DNA from: Arcobacter sp.
GTDB lineage: Bacteria; Campylobacterota; Campylobacteria; Campylobacterales; Arcobacteraceae
Assembly (NCBI GenBank): GCA_965662175.1
Contig: CBFIGT010000010.1
Coordinates: 1 to 38,803 of the forward strand
Length of the DNA stretch: 38,803 nt
Direction of reading: 5' to 3'
Translations under genes and position numbers: made by a program
Shown here: positions 1-10,568 of the stretch, in pieces
Layout of the letters: each line of letters starts with the position of its first letter
Position numbering within the stretch: position 1 is the stretch's first letter
The notes under the pieces: model-generated
The model's database searches: none
What the model saw: only the letters and a program-made list of their open reading frames with translations
What the model was told of the DNA's origin: nothing

Positions 1-2
1 AA

Positions 3-749
3 GTTGAACTTTTTGAAGCAGCAGCTTCTATGAATTTACCAATTTTAATTAAAGGGCCAACAGGTTGTGGAAAAACTAGATTTATTGAACATATGGGTGA
101 AAAACTAAAAAGAGATGTATACACCATTGTTTGCCACGATGATTTAAGTGCAGCTGACTTAGTAGGACGTCATTTAATAGATGAAAATGGAACATATTGG
201 CAAGATGGACCACTTACAAAAGCTGTTAGAAATGGTGGTATTTGTTATTTAGATGAAGTAATTGAAGCAAGAAAAGATACAACTGTTGTACTTCATTCCC
301 TTGCTGATTATAGAAGAGTTTTACCAATTGATAGAACAGGTGAAGTTATTACTGCACATCCTGATTTTATGCTAGTAGTTTCATATAATCCTGGATACCA
401 AAATGTTTTAAAGGGTATGAAACCTAGTACAAAACAGAGGTTTATCTCTTTATCTTTTTCTTATCCAGAAGCTAATATTGAAAAAGAGATTATTATTAAA
501 GAGAGTGAAGTTGATGAAGATATTGCTATAAAACTTGTACAAATCGCAAATGAAATAAGACAATTAACTGATACAGATATTCAAGAAGCAGTTTCAACTA
601 GACTTTTAGTTTATGCTGCAAAACTTATAAAAAAAGGTTTTAATCCATATAATGCTTGTATTCACTCTATTGTTGAATCTTTAAGTGATGAAGATGATGT
701 TTTAGAAGTATTAGAGAAATTAATAGGTTTACATTTTTCAAAAAAATAA
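3..749 (+). CDS. CbbQ/NirQ/NorQ family MoxR-type AAA+ ATPase, 5'-truncated by the window edge
   Basis: Frame is open from base 3 (VELFEAAAS-MNLPILIK), so the true start lies upstream. Walker A GPTGCGKT, CHDDLSAADLVGR, Walker B YLDEVIEAR, SYNPGYQ, KPSTKQRF and STRLLVYAA are family motifs. Confidence 0.9.
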   Translation, partial: VELFEAAASMNLPILIKGPTGCGKTRFIEHMGEKLKRDVYTIVCHDDLSAADLVGRHLIDENGTYWQDGPLTKAVRNGGICYLDEVIEARKDTTVVLHSLADYRRVLPIDRTGEVITAHPDFMLVVSYNPGYQNVLKGMKPSTKQRFISLSFSYPEANIEKEIIIKESEVDEDIAIKLVQIANEIRQLTDTDIQEAVSTRLLVYAAKLIKKGFNPYNACIHSIVESLSDEDDVLEVLEKLIGLHFSKK

Positions 750-776
750 AAAGAGAATCTCTTCTCTTTTTATTTT
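743..776. terminator. Probable bidirectional intrinsic terminator between the convergent ATPase and purL genes
   Basis: Perfect 15-bp inverted repeat AAAATAAAAAGAGAA-tctc-TTCTCTTTTTATTTT with A/T tracts on both sides. Confidence 0.75.
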
Positions 777-780
777 AATA

Positions 781-2991
781 TTATAAGTCTTGTTCTATAA
801 CTTTTTTAAATTTATTAAAGTAAACATCTTTTGCATTTTCTAAAGAAATAGTCACATCATTGATAGAGATTTTATCTCCACCAACTGTTCCTAGTTTTGT
901 ACAAGAGATACCTTTTTCATTTGCTAACTTAGTAAATGCTTCAACATTTGCAGGTTCTAATTCAACAATTGCTCTACTTAATGATTCACAAAAAATATCT
1001 TTTTTATCATTTAAAGCAATATTTGCATCAACACCTTTGTTTCCAACTGTTGCCATTTTTGCTAGTGAAATAGCTAATCCACCAACATTGATATCTTTTG
1101 CAGATTTTAAAAGTGAAGCTTGATTTGCTTCAATAACTGTATTCCATAAAGCTAACTCTTTTTTATAATTAACCTCAGGGTGAACACCAGCTACTTTACC
1201 ATACATTTTTTTCATATATAAAGAAGCACCAAACTCACCTTTTGTATCACCTAATACAAGTAGAATATTTCCATCTTTTTGTAAGCTTGATGGTAAAACT
1301 TTATTTGCATCTTCATTTACACCAACCATAGCAATTGAAGGAGTTGGGAAAACACCAACACCATTTGTTTCATTATATAAAGATACATTTCCACCAATTA
1401 CAGGAGTTACAAGCTCTTTACAAGCTGTTTTAATTCCCTCACAAGCTTTTGCAAATTGCCACATAACTTCAGGGTTTTGTGGGTTTCCAAAGTTAAGACA
1501 ATCTGTAATTGCTTTTGGAACAGCTCCACTCATAGCTACATTTCTTCCTGATTCCATAACAGCAGCAGCAGCTCCAAGTTCAGGATTAATATAACAAAGT
1601 CTTGTATTACAATCAGCACTCATAGCTAAAGCTTTTCCTGTCTCTTTGATTCTAATAGAAGAACCATCAAGGCTTCCAGGACCTTTGATTGTATTTGTTT
1701 GTACCATTGAATCATATTGATTATAAACCCAAGATTTATCAACAACTTCCATATCACTAAACATTGAGTCAAAAGCTTCTTGATTACAAATATCTTTATC
1801 TAAAGTGATATTTGCAATATCTTTTAAATATTCAGGCTCTTTTACAGGTCTATCAAGAACTGGTGCCTCTTCAGATACAGGTTGAACAGGAACTTCAGCA
1901 CACTTTTCTCCATGCCAAAATAACTCCATATTTCCAGTTGCAGTTACTTCACCAATAACAGCAACATCTAATTCCCATTTTTCAAAGATATCAATAATTT
2001 GTTGTTCACAACCTTTTTTAGCACAAATAAGCATTCTCTCTTGAGATTCTGAAAGCATGAAATCATAAGGAGTCATTCCCTCTTCACGTGCAGGAACTTT
2101 ATCAAGATGCATAATCATACCAGATCCACTTCTTCCAGCCATCTCAAATGAAGATGAAGTAAGACCAGCAGCACCCATATCTTGAATACCAATAATTAAA
2201 TCAGTTTTAAATAGTTCTAAACAAGCCTCTAATAAAAGTTTTTCAGTAAATGGATCTCCAACTTGAACAGTTGGTCTTTTTGATTCACTATCTTCTGTAA
2301 ATGAAGCAGATGACATAACAGCACCACCAAGTCCATCACGTCCTGTTTTAGAACCAACATACATTACAGGATTTCCTAATCCCTCAGCTTTACCATAAAA
2401 AATCTCATCAGCTTTTGCTAAACCTAATGTAAATGCATTAACAAGGTTATTTCCAGCATAACACTCTTCAAAAGTTGTTTCACCACCAATTGTTGGAACT
2501 CCCATACAGTTACCATATCCACCAATACCAGCAACAACACCTCTTAATAAAAATCTGTGTTTTTGAGCAGTTTCACTATTACCTTCAATTCCAGCGAATC
2601 TAATAGAGTTCATATTTGCAATTGGACGTGCACCCATTGTAAATACATCTCTTAAAATTCCACCAACACCAGTTGCAGCACCTTGATATGGTTCAATAAA
2701 TGAAGGGTGATTGTGTGATTCCATTTTAAATACAGCAGCGTATCCATCACCAATATCTATAACACCAGCGTTTTCTCCTGGACCTTGGATAACCCAAGGA
2801 GCAGATGTAGGGAAACCGCTTAAATATTTTTTACTAGATTTGTATGAACAGTGCTCACTCCACATAGCAGAAAAGATACCAATCTCTACGTGATTTGGTT
2901 CTCTTTTTAAAATAGCTCTTATATTTTCTAACTCTTCAAGTGTTAAAGAGTGGGCAAGAGCCATCTCTTCAGTTGTCATCTCTTTTTGCAT
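781..2991 (-). CDS. purL: Phosphoribosylformylglycinamidine synthase subunit PurL (small-type)
   Basis: 736 aa. Motifs [64 protein letters not shown]. Confidence 0.98.
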   Translation of the reverse strand: MQKEMTTEEMALAHSLTLEELENIRAILKREPNHVEIGIFSAMWSEHCSYKSSKKYLSGFPTSAPWVIQGPGENAGVIDIGDGYAAVFKMESHNHPSFIEPYQGAATGVGGILRDVFTMGARPIANMNSIRFAGIEGNSETAQKHRFLLRGVVAGIGGYGNCMGVPTIGGETTFEECYAGNNLVNAFTLGLAKADEIFYGKAEGLGNPVMYVGSKTGRDGLGGAVMSSASFTEDSESKRPTVQVGDPFTEKLLLEACLELFKTDLIIGIQDMGAAGLTSSSFEMAGRSGSGMIMHLDKVPAREEGMTPYDFMLSESQERMLICAKKGCEQQIIDIFEKWELDVAVIGEVTATGNMELFWHGEKCAEVPVQPVSEEAPVLDRPVKEPEYLKDIANITLDKDICNQEAFDSMFSDMEVVDKSWVYNQYDSMVQTNTIKGPGSLDGSSIRIKETGKALAMSADCNTRLCYINPELGAAAAVMESGRNVAMSGAVPKAITDCLNFGNPQNPEVMWQFAKACEGIKTACKELVTPVIGGNVSLYNETNGVGVFPTPSIAMVGVNEDANKVLPSSLQKDGNILLVLGDTKGEFGASLYMKKMYGKVAGVHPEVNYKKELALWNTVIEANQASLLKSAKDINVGGLAISLAKMATVGNKGVDANIALNDKKDIFCESLSRAIVELEPANVEAFTKLANEKGISCTKLGTVGGDKISINDVTISLENAKDVYFNKFKKVIEQDL

Positions 2992-3052
2992 TACTAACCT
3001 TAAGTTGTTTTATTAATGCGTGATTATATCCAAAGTAGATTTAATAATAGTT

Positions 3053-4015
3053 TTAACCCTCAGAAAGTATTGTGATTTTATTATCTTTTAATTCAAGATA
3101 AAGCTCTTTTACACCCTCATAAAAATAAGATTTTGTTCTATAATACTGATCCATAACAACCTTAAACATCTTTTTATTTTCAGTATTTGGATAAGGCATA
3201 ATATTCATATTTGAAAATTTAATTGTTTTTTTCTCATTTCTAGAGAAAATATATCTTTTATGTCTTTTAAAAGCTTTAAAATCTTGTCCATTTGCTCTTT
3301 TAAAATCTTCATTATAGTAAGATAAATACTCCTCAGTATCTGACCTTTTCCAAGAATCAGTCCATGAATAAATAAAAGCTAATACTTGAGCAATTTCATC
3401 TTTTGTAGTTTGTTCAACACTTTTTTCAGATATTAATAATACAGATTCATCATAATTAATACTATTATCAAGAGATACAAGATTTTCATTTTCTAAGGCA
3501 ATACACCCTTTTGTAAAATCTTCTCTTGTCTCATCCAAAGGCATACCATGAATCCATATACCATGACCATTTTTATTCAAAGATTTATCATATGTATTTG
3601 GATAATTTGTCACTAAAGCCAAGGGACCATAATATTGATCAAGTTTTGTAAGTTTTCTTGTTAATTTATAGGCACCAACTGGTGTCTTTTTATCACCCTC
3701 AAACTGTTTATCTCCAGCTTTTTCTCCTGTTATCATACTTTGAGTTAAAACTTTTAGAAATTTTTTATCCTCTTTTTTAAATAACTCTAATTTTTTTGAT
3801 AGTTTATCAGCAACAATTACATATTTTTTTGATTCATAGTAACCATAACTAACATCAATATTTTTTATATATGAGTTCCAATACTCTTTTGTCTTCAACT
3901 GTCTTTCAAGCTCTTTTTTTACCTCATCAATTCCCATAGTACGATAGAGTGTTACTAAATCAGCAGATAAGTAATTTGTGAATAAAAGTAAAAAAATTAA
4001 TAATATTTTTTTCAA
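3053..4015 (-). CDS. L,D-transpeptidase-fold peptidoglycan L,D-carboxypeptidase (Pgp2/Csd6-like) with NTF2-like C-terminal domain
   Basis: Signal peptide; GDKKTPVGAY, LVTNYPN, catalytic GIWIHG...TKGCIAL; C-terminal WTDSWK...YLSYY segment. TTG start with GGAG RBS. Confidence 0.85.
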   Translation of the reverse strand: MKKILLIFLLLFTNYLSADLVTLYRTMGIDEVKKELERQLKTKEYWNSYIKNIDVSYGYYESKKYVIVADKLSKKLELFKKEDKKFLKVLTQSMITGEKAGDKQFEGDKKTPVGAYKLTRKLTKLDQYYGPLALVTNYPNTYDKSLNKNGHGIWIHGMPLDETREDFTKGCIALENENLVSLDNSINYDESVLLISEKSVEQTTKDEIAQVLAFIYSWTDSWKRSDTEEYLSYYNEDFKRANGQDFKAFKRHKRYIFSRNEKKTIKFSNMNIMPYPNTENKKMFKVVMDQYYRTKSYFYEGVKELYLELKDNKITILSEG

Positions 4016-4093
4016 TAATTTCTCCAGAAAATTTTATTTAAGTTTTCAATTGTATAATATTACACTTAATTTTTAAATAAAAAGAGAAAATAA

Positions 4094-5263
4094 TTGAAAC
4101 AGCTTATAATTTTACTACTAATTGTTACATCGTTATTTAGTTTAGAAGTTCAAAAATTGTCATGGCCAAAAGGTGACACTTTTTTAACATTTTTAGAACA
4201 GAATGGAATTCCAAATAAACTATATTTTGATTTGGAAAAAGAGGATAAAGAGTTATGTTCTGAAATTAGAACAGGTTCTAGGTTTTATGTTACAAGGGAT
4301 GAGAATAATAATTTAATTCAAGCACTTATTGAAATCTCTGAAGAGATGCAACTTCAGCTATATAAAGAGGATAATGAATACAAATTTGATATTGTTCCTA
4401 TTAATTTTCAAGAAAAAGAGGAGCTTGTATCAATTCCTGTTCAATTTTCTCCCTATCAAGATATTGTAAATAGCACATCAAATAAAGAGCTTGCAAATGA
4501 GTTTATTAGAGCTTACAGTGGTAGTGTAAACTTTAGATATATGCAAAAAGGTGACCACATAATAATTAAGTTTAAACAAAAAGTTAGATTAGGTCAATAC
4601 CATGGAACTCCACAAATTATTTCAGCAATGGTTGAAGTTAGAAGAAAACCTTTTTTCATCTTTAAAAATGAAGATGATGGAAGATATTACAATGACAAAG
4701 CAAAAAGTTTAACAAGTTATTTTTTCAAAACACCATTATCATATACAAGAATTTCAAGTAGATTTACAAAAAAAAGATGGCATCCTGTTTTAAAAAGATA
4801 TAGAGCTCATCTTGGAATTGATTATGCAGCACCAATAGGTAGACATATTTATGCAGCAGCTGATGGAAGAATTACTTTTAGAGGTGTAAAAGGTGGATAT
4901 GGAAATGTTATTGAAATATCTCACAAAAATGGATACAAAACTGTTTATGCTCACCAAAGTAGATTTAGAGGTGGATTAAAACGAGGTAGTAAAGTTAAAA
5001 AGGGTCAATTAATTGGTTATGTAGGAACAAGTGGTGTTAGTACAGGACCTCATTTACATTTTGGTTTATATAAAAATGGAAGAGCAATAGATCCAAGTAA
5101 GGTAATTAGAGTTACTAAAACTAAACTAAATGGTAATGCTAAAAAAAGATTTTTAGAAAATGTAAAAGTTTTGGAAAAAGAGTTACTTAACAATAAAAAT
5201 GTAGAACCTGATAAAATGACTAACTTAAAAGAGCTACCATCAAAAAGTGATTTAAAAGTATAA
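4094..5263 (+). CDS. M23 family peptidoglycan DD-metalloendopeptidase (Csd3/HdpA-like)
   Basis: Signal peptide; Csd3-type N-terminal region (WPKGDTFLTFL); zinc motifs HLGIDYA (HxxxD) and GPHLHF (HxH); YAHQS. TATAAT at 4053-4058 upstream. Confidence 0.9.
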   Translation: MKQLIILLLIVTSLFSLEVQKLSWPKGDTFLTFLEQNGIPNKLYFDLEKEDKELCSEIRTGSRFYVTRDENNNLIQALIEISEEMQLQLYKEDNEYKFDIVPINFQEKEELVSIPVQFSPYQDIVNSTSNKELANEFIRAYSGSVNFRYMQKGDHIIIKFKQKVRLGQYHGTPQIISAMVEVRRKPFFIFKNEDDGRYYNDKAKSLTSYFFKTPLSYTRISSRFTKKRWHPVLKRYRAHLGIDYAAPIGRHIYAAADGRITFRGVKGGYGNVIEISHKNGYKTVYAHQSRFRGGLKRGSKVKKGQLIGYVGTSGVSTGPHLHFGLYKNGRAIDPSKVIRVTKTKLNGNAKKRFLENVKVLEKELLNNKNVEPDKMTNLKELPSKSDLKV

Positions 5264-5278
5264 ACTATAGGGATAAAT

Positions 5279-6628
5279 ATGTCTGATTTGAATATAATTA
5301 AAGACCCAAAGAAACTCTTACTAAAATTAGACACCCTACATCCAAGTGATATTGCATACTCCTTAAAAAAAATCGAAAAAAATAGTCAAGATGATTTTGT
5401 TTATGTTTTAAAAAATATTCCTGAAGATATTTTAGGTGATGTTATTCTTGAACTTCCTGAAAAACTAAGAGATTATGCTTATAGTGAATTATCAATTGAA
5501 AAACTTACAGATGCTGTTGATGAGCTTGAATCAGATGACCAAACGGATATTCTTCAAGAGATTGAAGAGATGGACCAAAATAAAGCAAAAGAGATTTATG
5601 ATGGTTTGGAAGAGGATGACCAAAAAGAGATTGACTGGCTAAAAAGATATGAAGAGGAGGAAGCTGGTGCTTATATGCAAACAGAGCTTTTCTCAGCTAA
5701 TATCAATGAAACACTTAGTTATTCTATAGAGAGATTAAGAGTTGCAAAAGAAGAGGATGAGTTAGAGAATATTCATCAAGTTTATATAGTTGATGATAAT
5801 AAAACATTAATAGCTTCAATACTACTTGAAGATTTAATCATATTTGATTATAAAAAAACCTACAAACAAGTAATTCAAGAGCATGAACCAAATAAGTTTA
5901 AACCTTTTAAAGTAAATGATGATGAAAATATAAATGATGTGGCTAAGCAGTTTGAAAAATATGATTTAAGTGTTGTTGCTGTTGTTGGCTATCAAAATAT
6001 GCTTATGGGAAGAATTACATCTGATGATATTTTAGATGTAATAGAAGAGAGTGCAACAGAGCAGATGTATCAATTAGCAGGTGTTGATGATGATTTTGAA
6101 CATGATGATTTATTTACAACTGCAAAAAAAAGAGCCATGTGGCTTTTTATAAATCTTGGAACAGCAATCTTAGCTTCCATTGTAATTGGATTTTTTGATG
6201 AAACAATTCAAGCTTATGTTGCCTTAGCAATTCTTATGCCAATAGTTGCTTCTATGGGTGGAAATGCTGGAACACAAACACTAGCTGTTATGGTTAGACA
6301 AATGGCTTTGGGAGAGATTGATTTTGAAAACTCAAAAGATGCCATAAAAAAAGAGGTTTTTATCTCCATATTTAATGGAATAATATTTGCGACCGTAGTT
6401 GGATTTATAGCTTATTTTTGGTTTAATACAGTTCTATTAGGAGTTGTAATAGCACTTTCTATGATAATAAATCTTTTTAGTGCTGGTTTCTTTGGAGCTT
6501 CAATTCCCCTAATCCTTAAAAAATATAATATCGACCCTGCTATTGGAAGTACAGTTTTACTTACAACAGTAACTGATATTGTTGGTTTTTTTAGTTTTTT
6601 AATGTTAGCTAAATTAATTTTACTTTAG
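5279..6628 (+). CDS. mgtE: Magnesium transporter MgtE
   Basis: Acidic N-domain (LHPSDIA), CBS pair, TM domain with MPIVASMGGNAGTQT and DPAIGS...TTVTDIVGF. Confidence 0.96.
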   Translation: MSDLNIIKDPKKLLLKLDTLHPSDIAYSLKKIEKNSQDDFVYVLKNIPEDILGDVILELPEKLRDYAYSELSIEKLTDAVDELESDDQTDILQEIEEMDQNKAKEIYDGLEEDDQKEIDWLKRYEEEEAGAYMQTELFSANINETLSYSIERLRVAKEEDELENIHQVYIVDDNKTLIASILLEDLIIFDYKKTYKQVIQEHEPNKFKPFKVNDDENINDVAKQFEKYDLSVVAVVGYQNMLMGRITSDDILDVIEESATEQMYQLAGVDDDFEHDDLFTTAKKRAMWLFINLGTAILASIVIGFFDETIQAYVALAILMPIVASMGGNAGTQTLAVMVRQMALGEIDFENSKDAIKKEVFISIFNGIIFATVVGFIAYFWFNTVLLGVVIALSMIINLFSAGFFGASIPLILKKYNIDPAIGSTVLLTTVTDIVGFFSFLMLAKLILL

Positions 6629-6666
6629 TTTCCAAACTTTTATAATATATTAAAAAAAGGTATTTA

Positions 6667-6780
6667 ATGAAATGTTTTTCATCAGCTTTTTTGATTTCTA
6701 TTAGCTACTTTATAATTACTCAAGATAATCAACTCTTAAGATAAATAGAGACTCTAAAAGGCTGGTTTTATATTTTTTAA
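6667..6780 (+). pseudogene. Possible decayed remnant of an N-terminal membrane module of a sensor protein
   Basis: TATAAT (6641-6646), AAGG RBS and ATG at 6667 read MKCFSSAFLISISYFIITQDNQLLR*IETLKGWFYIF*. The post-stop segment resembles the QTxKGWxF motif I recall from two-TM N-termini of signalling proteins. Confidence 0.4.
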
Positions 6781-6862
6781 TCTTCAAAATACTAAAAAAT
6801 AACAAAACTTCAAATAAGTTTATTTTTGTTATACTTTAATATGTTATATATTTAGGTTAAAA

Positions 6863-9800
6863 ATGACAAATACTAATTTATTACTTGATAGTTATCACAC
6901 AATAAAAAGTGAATTTTTTAATAACTCACCATTAGTTGCATTTATATGGAAAAATGATAAAAACTGGAGTATTGAAGAGGTATCTAAAAATATTATAAAT
7001 TTATTAGGATTTAACAAAAATGAGTTTATATCTGGAAAGCATGATTATATAAATCTTATACATCCTGATGATATAAAAAGAGTATCAAAAGAGGTTTTAG
7101 ATAATTCTAAAGCAAAAAAGAAAACTTTTTCCCATAAACCTTATAGGGTAAAAACATCAAAAAACAACTACATATGGGTAAAAGACACTACCTCAATTAT
7201 TTATAAAGATGATGAAATAACAAATTATGTTGGATATATTAGTGATTGTACAAGCGAAGTTGAAGCACTAAAGAATTTAGAAATTCAATATAAAAATAGA
7301 GAAAAAACTACACAAATGTGGATAGATGCTGTTGAGAAAAATGGAGATGGCTTATGGGAATGGGATATACAAACAAATGAAGTATATTTTTCACCCCAAT
7401 GGAAAAAAATGCTTGGATTTGAAGAGAATGAAATATCAAGTAATTTATCTGAATGGAAAAAAAGAGTACATCCAGATGACTTAGAAAAAGTAATTAGTGA
7501 TATTGAAAATTATATAAGTGGTAAAACTCTATATTATAGTAGTGAACATAGGGTTTTATGTAAAGATGGTAGCTATAAATGGATATTAGATAAAGGTTCA
7601 ATAACTACATGTACAATTGATGGTAAAGCTAAAACTATGGTAGGTATTCATAGTGATATTACTACAAAAAAACAGTTAATAATTGAAAAAATAAACTATC
7701 AAAAAAGATTTGAAGATATGTTTCAAAATCACGATATTATTATGTTTTTAGTAGACCCTAATAATGGTAAAATTATTGATGCAAATAAACAAGCTGTTAA
7801 ATTTTATGGTTATAGCTATGATGAGTTAGTAAATATGACAGTTATGGATATTAACCAACTTTCATTAAGCAAAATAAAAGAGATACTAAAACTTGTAAAA
7901 TCAAAAAAACTTAATAATTTTGAATTCCATCACAAACTAAAAAATGGTGAAATAAGAGTAGTTAATGTAAATTCATCACCAATTGAAATCTATAATGACA
8001 CAATTTTATTTTCCATTGTCAAAGATATTACAAAAGAGAAAAGAATAGAAGAGCTTTATCAAAAAACTATAGCTTATAATAGAACTCTTATTGATAATCT
8101 TCCCATACTAATTTGGTTAAAAGATGAAAACGGTAATTTTCTAGCTGTTAATCAAGCTTTTTCAAATGCAACAACAATTAATAATCCTGAATTAATAGTT
8201 GGAAAAAATGATTTTGATGTATGGCCAAAAGAGCTAGCTGAATCTTATGTAAAAGATGACAAAGAGGTATTAAAAAGTGCTAAAAGCAAACTTGTAGAAG
8301 AAAAAATATTAGATGGCAATGAGATAAAATGGTTTGAAACTTTTAAATCTCCAGTTTTTAGTTCTAATAAAAAGTTACTAGGTACTATTGGATATGCTAT
8401 AGATATTACAGATAAACTAAAAACTCAAGAACTATTAAAAAAACAAAACTCTCAATTAGAATTAGAAAAAATGAAACTCTCATCAATAATACATGCAATA
8501 CCTGACCTTTTATGGATAAAAGATAAACAAGGTAAATATTTACTTTGTAATGATAGATTTGAAGAGTTATATGGGGAGAAAAAAGAGCAAATAATTGGAA
8601 AAACAGATTATGATTTTATTGATAAAAACTTAGCTAACTTCTTTAAAATGCAAGATACAAAAGCAAGTCAAAGTGATAAACCTATCTCTAATTATGAGAC
8701 TCTTCCATTTAAATCAGATGGTCACATAGAGCAAGTGCACATAACTAAAACAAAAGTACTAACAAATGATGGAGAACTTTATGGTATTTTAGGTCTTGCA
8801 AGAGATATTAGTGAACTAAAAGAGTATGAAGCAAAACTAAAAAAACAAAAAAATGAATTTGAAACTATTTTTAATTATGCCCATGATGGTATAGCAATTA
8901 TTGATTTAGAATCAAAGTTTTTAAACTGTAATGATGCATTTTTAAAACTAACTAGATATTCAAAAGAAGAGCTTTTAACAAAAACATGTAAAGAGTTAAC
9001 AAAAAAAGAGGATAGAGAAAAAAACGAAGAAGCCTTAAAAACAGCAATAGAGCATGGTTTTATAGATAATGTAGAAAAACGATGTATTATTAAAGATGGC
9101 TCAATAGTATTTGTTAATATGAGTATGTCTTTATTACCTGATAAAAAAAGAGTTCTTATTATCTTAAAAGATACAAGTGAAATCAAAATATTGGAAGAGC
9201 AATCAAAACTAGCATCTATGGGTGAAATGATAGATAATATAGCACACCAATGGAGACAACCTTTAAGTATAATATCAACAATTTCAACAAGTATTTTACT
9301 GCATAAAGAGATGGGAATATTAAAAGAAGAGTTTCTAGAAAAAGATATGAATACTATAAATGAAAATGCCCAATATCTTTCAAAAACAATTGACGATTTT
9401 AGAAACTTTATAAAAAATGATTCTCAAATGTTAGAAATAAGTATCAAAGAGGCCTTAAACTACTCTTTTCATCTAACCCAAGCTAGTATTGGAAATAATT
9501 TTATTAAAGTAGTATCTAATGTTGAAGATGACTTAAGTATTGATGCAAATAAAAATGAACTTGTTCAATCATTTGTGAATATCATTAATAATGCAAAAGA
9601 TATATTAAAAGAGAAATGTAAAAAAGAGAATCGTTTTATATTTGTATCAAGCAAAAAAATCAAAAAAGATAAGCTAGAAATCACAATAAGTGATAGTGGA
9701 GGTGGTATATCAAGTGATATTATTGATAGAATTTTTGAGCCATATTTTACAAGTAAACACCAAAGTATAGGTACAGGTATTGGATTATCTATGGTAAATA

Positions 9801-9916
9801 AAATTTTAAGAGATAAGTATAAAGCAAAAATTAGTGTATATAATAAAGAAAATACATATAATGGAAAATCATACTATGGAGCATGTTTTCAAATTATATT
9901 CCCTAAAAAAGTATAA
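6863..9916 (+). CDS. Cytoplasmic multi-PAS sensor histidine kinase (about six PAS/PAC domains), orphan
   Basis: Repeated PAS/PAC motifs (IHPDD, DGLWEWDIQ...VHPDD, IWLKDENG, LWIKDKQG, DGIAIID); H-box IAHQWRQPL; N-box NIINNAKD; DSGGGI, FEPYFTSK, GTGIGL. No TM segment seen. Confidence 0.93.
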   Translation: MTNTNLLLDSYHTIKSEFFNNSPLVAFIWKNDKNWSIEEVSKNIINLLGFNKNEFISGKHDYINLIHPDDIKRVSKEVLDNSKAKKKTFSHKPYRVKTSKNNYIWVKDTTSIIYKDDEITNYVGYISDCTSEVEALKNLEIQYKNREKTTQMWIDAVEKNGDGLWEWDIQTNEVYFSPQWKKMLGFEENEISSNLSEWKKRVHPDDLEKVISDIENYISGKTLYYSSEHRVLCKDGSYKWILDKGSITTCTIDGKAKTMVGIHSDITTKKQLIIEKINYQKRFEDMFQNHDIIMFLVDPNNGKIIDANKQAVKFYGYSYDELVNMTVMDINQLSLSKIKEILKLVKSKKLNNFEFHHKLKNGEIRVVNVNSSPIEIYNDTILFSIVKDITKEKRIEELYQKTIAYNRTLIDNLPILIWLKDENGNFLAVNQAFSNATTINNPELIVGKNDFDVWPKELAESYVKDDKEVLKSAKSKLVEEKILDGNEIKWFETFKSPVFSSNKKLLGTIGYAIDITDKLKTQELLKKQNSQLELEKMKLSSIIHAIPDLLWIKDKQGKYLLCNDRFEELYGEKKEQIIGKTDYDFIDKNLANFFKMQDTKASQSDKPISNYETLPFKSDGHIEQVHITKTKVLTNDGELYGILGLARDISELKEYEAKLKKQKNEFETIFNYAHDGIAIIDLESKFLNCNDAFLKLTRYSKEELLTKTCKELTKKEDREKNEEALKTAIEHGFIDNVEKRCIIKDGSIVFVNMSMSLLPDKKRVLIILKDTSEIKILEEQSKLASMGEMIDNIAHQWRQPLSIISTISTSILLHKEMGILKEEFLEKDMNTINENAQYLSKTIDDFRNFIKNDSQMLEISIKEALNYSFHLTQASIGNNFIKVVSNVEDDLSIDANKNELVQSFVNIINNAKDILKEKCKKENRFIFVSSKKIKKDKLEITISDSGGGISSDIIDRIFEPYFTSKHQSIGTGIGLSMVNKILRDKYKAKISVYNKENTYNGKSYYGACFQIIFPKKV

Positions 9917-9932
9917 ACATATTTCCTTGCTA

Positions 9933-9966
9933 AGTAATATTAAAAACTAATATTTTTAATATTACT
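9933..9966. terminator. AT-rich hairpin between the convergent kinase and folE genes, probable terminator
   Basis: Perfect 14-bp inverted repeat AGTAATATTAAAAA-ctaata-TTTTTAATATTACT. Confidence 0.55.
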
Positions 9967-9982
9967 AATTTTATTTTGAAAC

Positions 9983-10555
9983 TTATTTATGCAAAGATTG
10001 AGCTACAATAGATAAAAACTCATCTTTAGTTTTTTTCTCTTTTTTAAATAAACCTCTTAATGCTGATGTTACAGTTGTAGAGCAAATTTTTTCAACTCCT
10101 CTCATCTCCATGCACATATGTCTTGCATCAATAATTACAGCAACACCTTTTGGTTTTAAATGCTCATTTAAAGCATCACAAATTTGCTCTGTCATTTGCT
10201 CTTGTATTTGTAATCTTCTAGCAAATACATCTACAACTCTTGGTATTTTAGAAAGTCCTACAACTTTTCCATTTGGTATATAAGCCACATGAGCTTTCCC
10301 TATAATAGGTAACATATGATGTTCACATTGAGAGTAAAACTCTATATCTTTTACTACAACCATTTCATCATTTGTTGAACTAAAAAGAGCTTTTTCAATT
10401 ATCTCTTTTGGGTCTTTTGTATAACCACTACACATAAACTCATAAGCTTTTCTAACTCTTGAGGGTGTATCTTGAAGCCCTTCTCTATTTATATCCTCTC
10501 CAACATGTTTTAAAATATCTTTCACAGCATTTTCAAAAATTTCATTATTTTTCAT
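9983..10555 (-). CDS. folE: GTP cyclohydrolase I
   Basis: [48 protein letters not shown]. Confidence 0.98.
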   Translation of the reverse strand: MKNNEIFENAVKDILKHVGEDINREGLQDTPSRVRKAYEFMCSGYTKDPKEIIEKALFSSTNDEMVVVKDIEFYSQCEHHMLPIIGKAHVAYIPNGKVVGLSKIPRVVDVFARRLQIQEQMTEQICDALNEHLKPKGVAVIIDARHMCMEMRGVEKICSTTVTSALRGLFKKEKKTKDEFLSIVAQSLHK

Positions 10556-10568
10556 TTACTATTACCCT

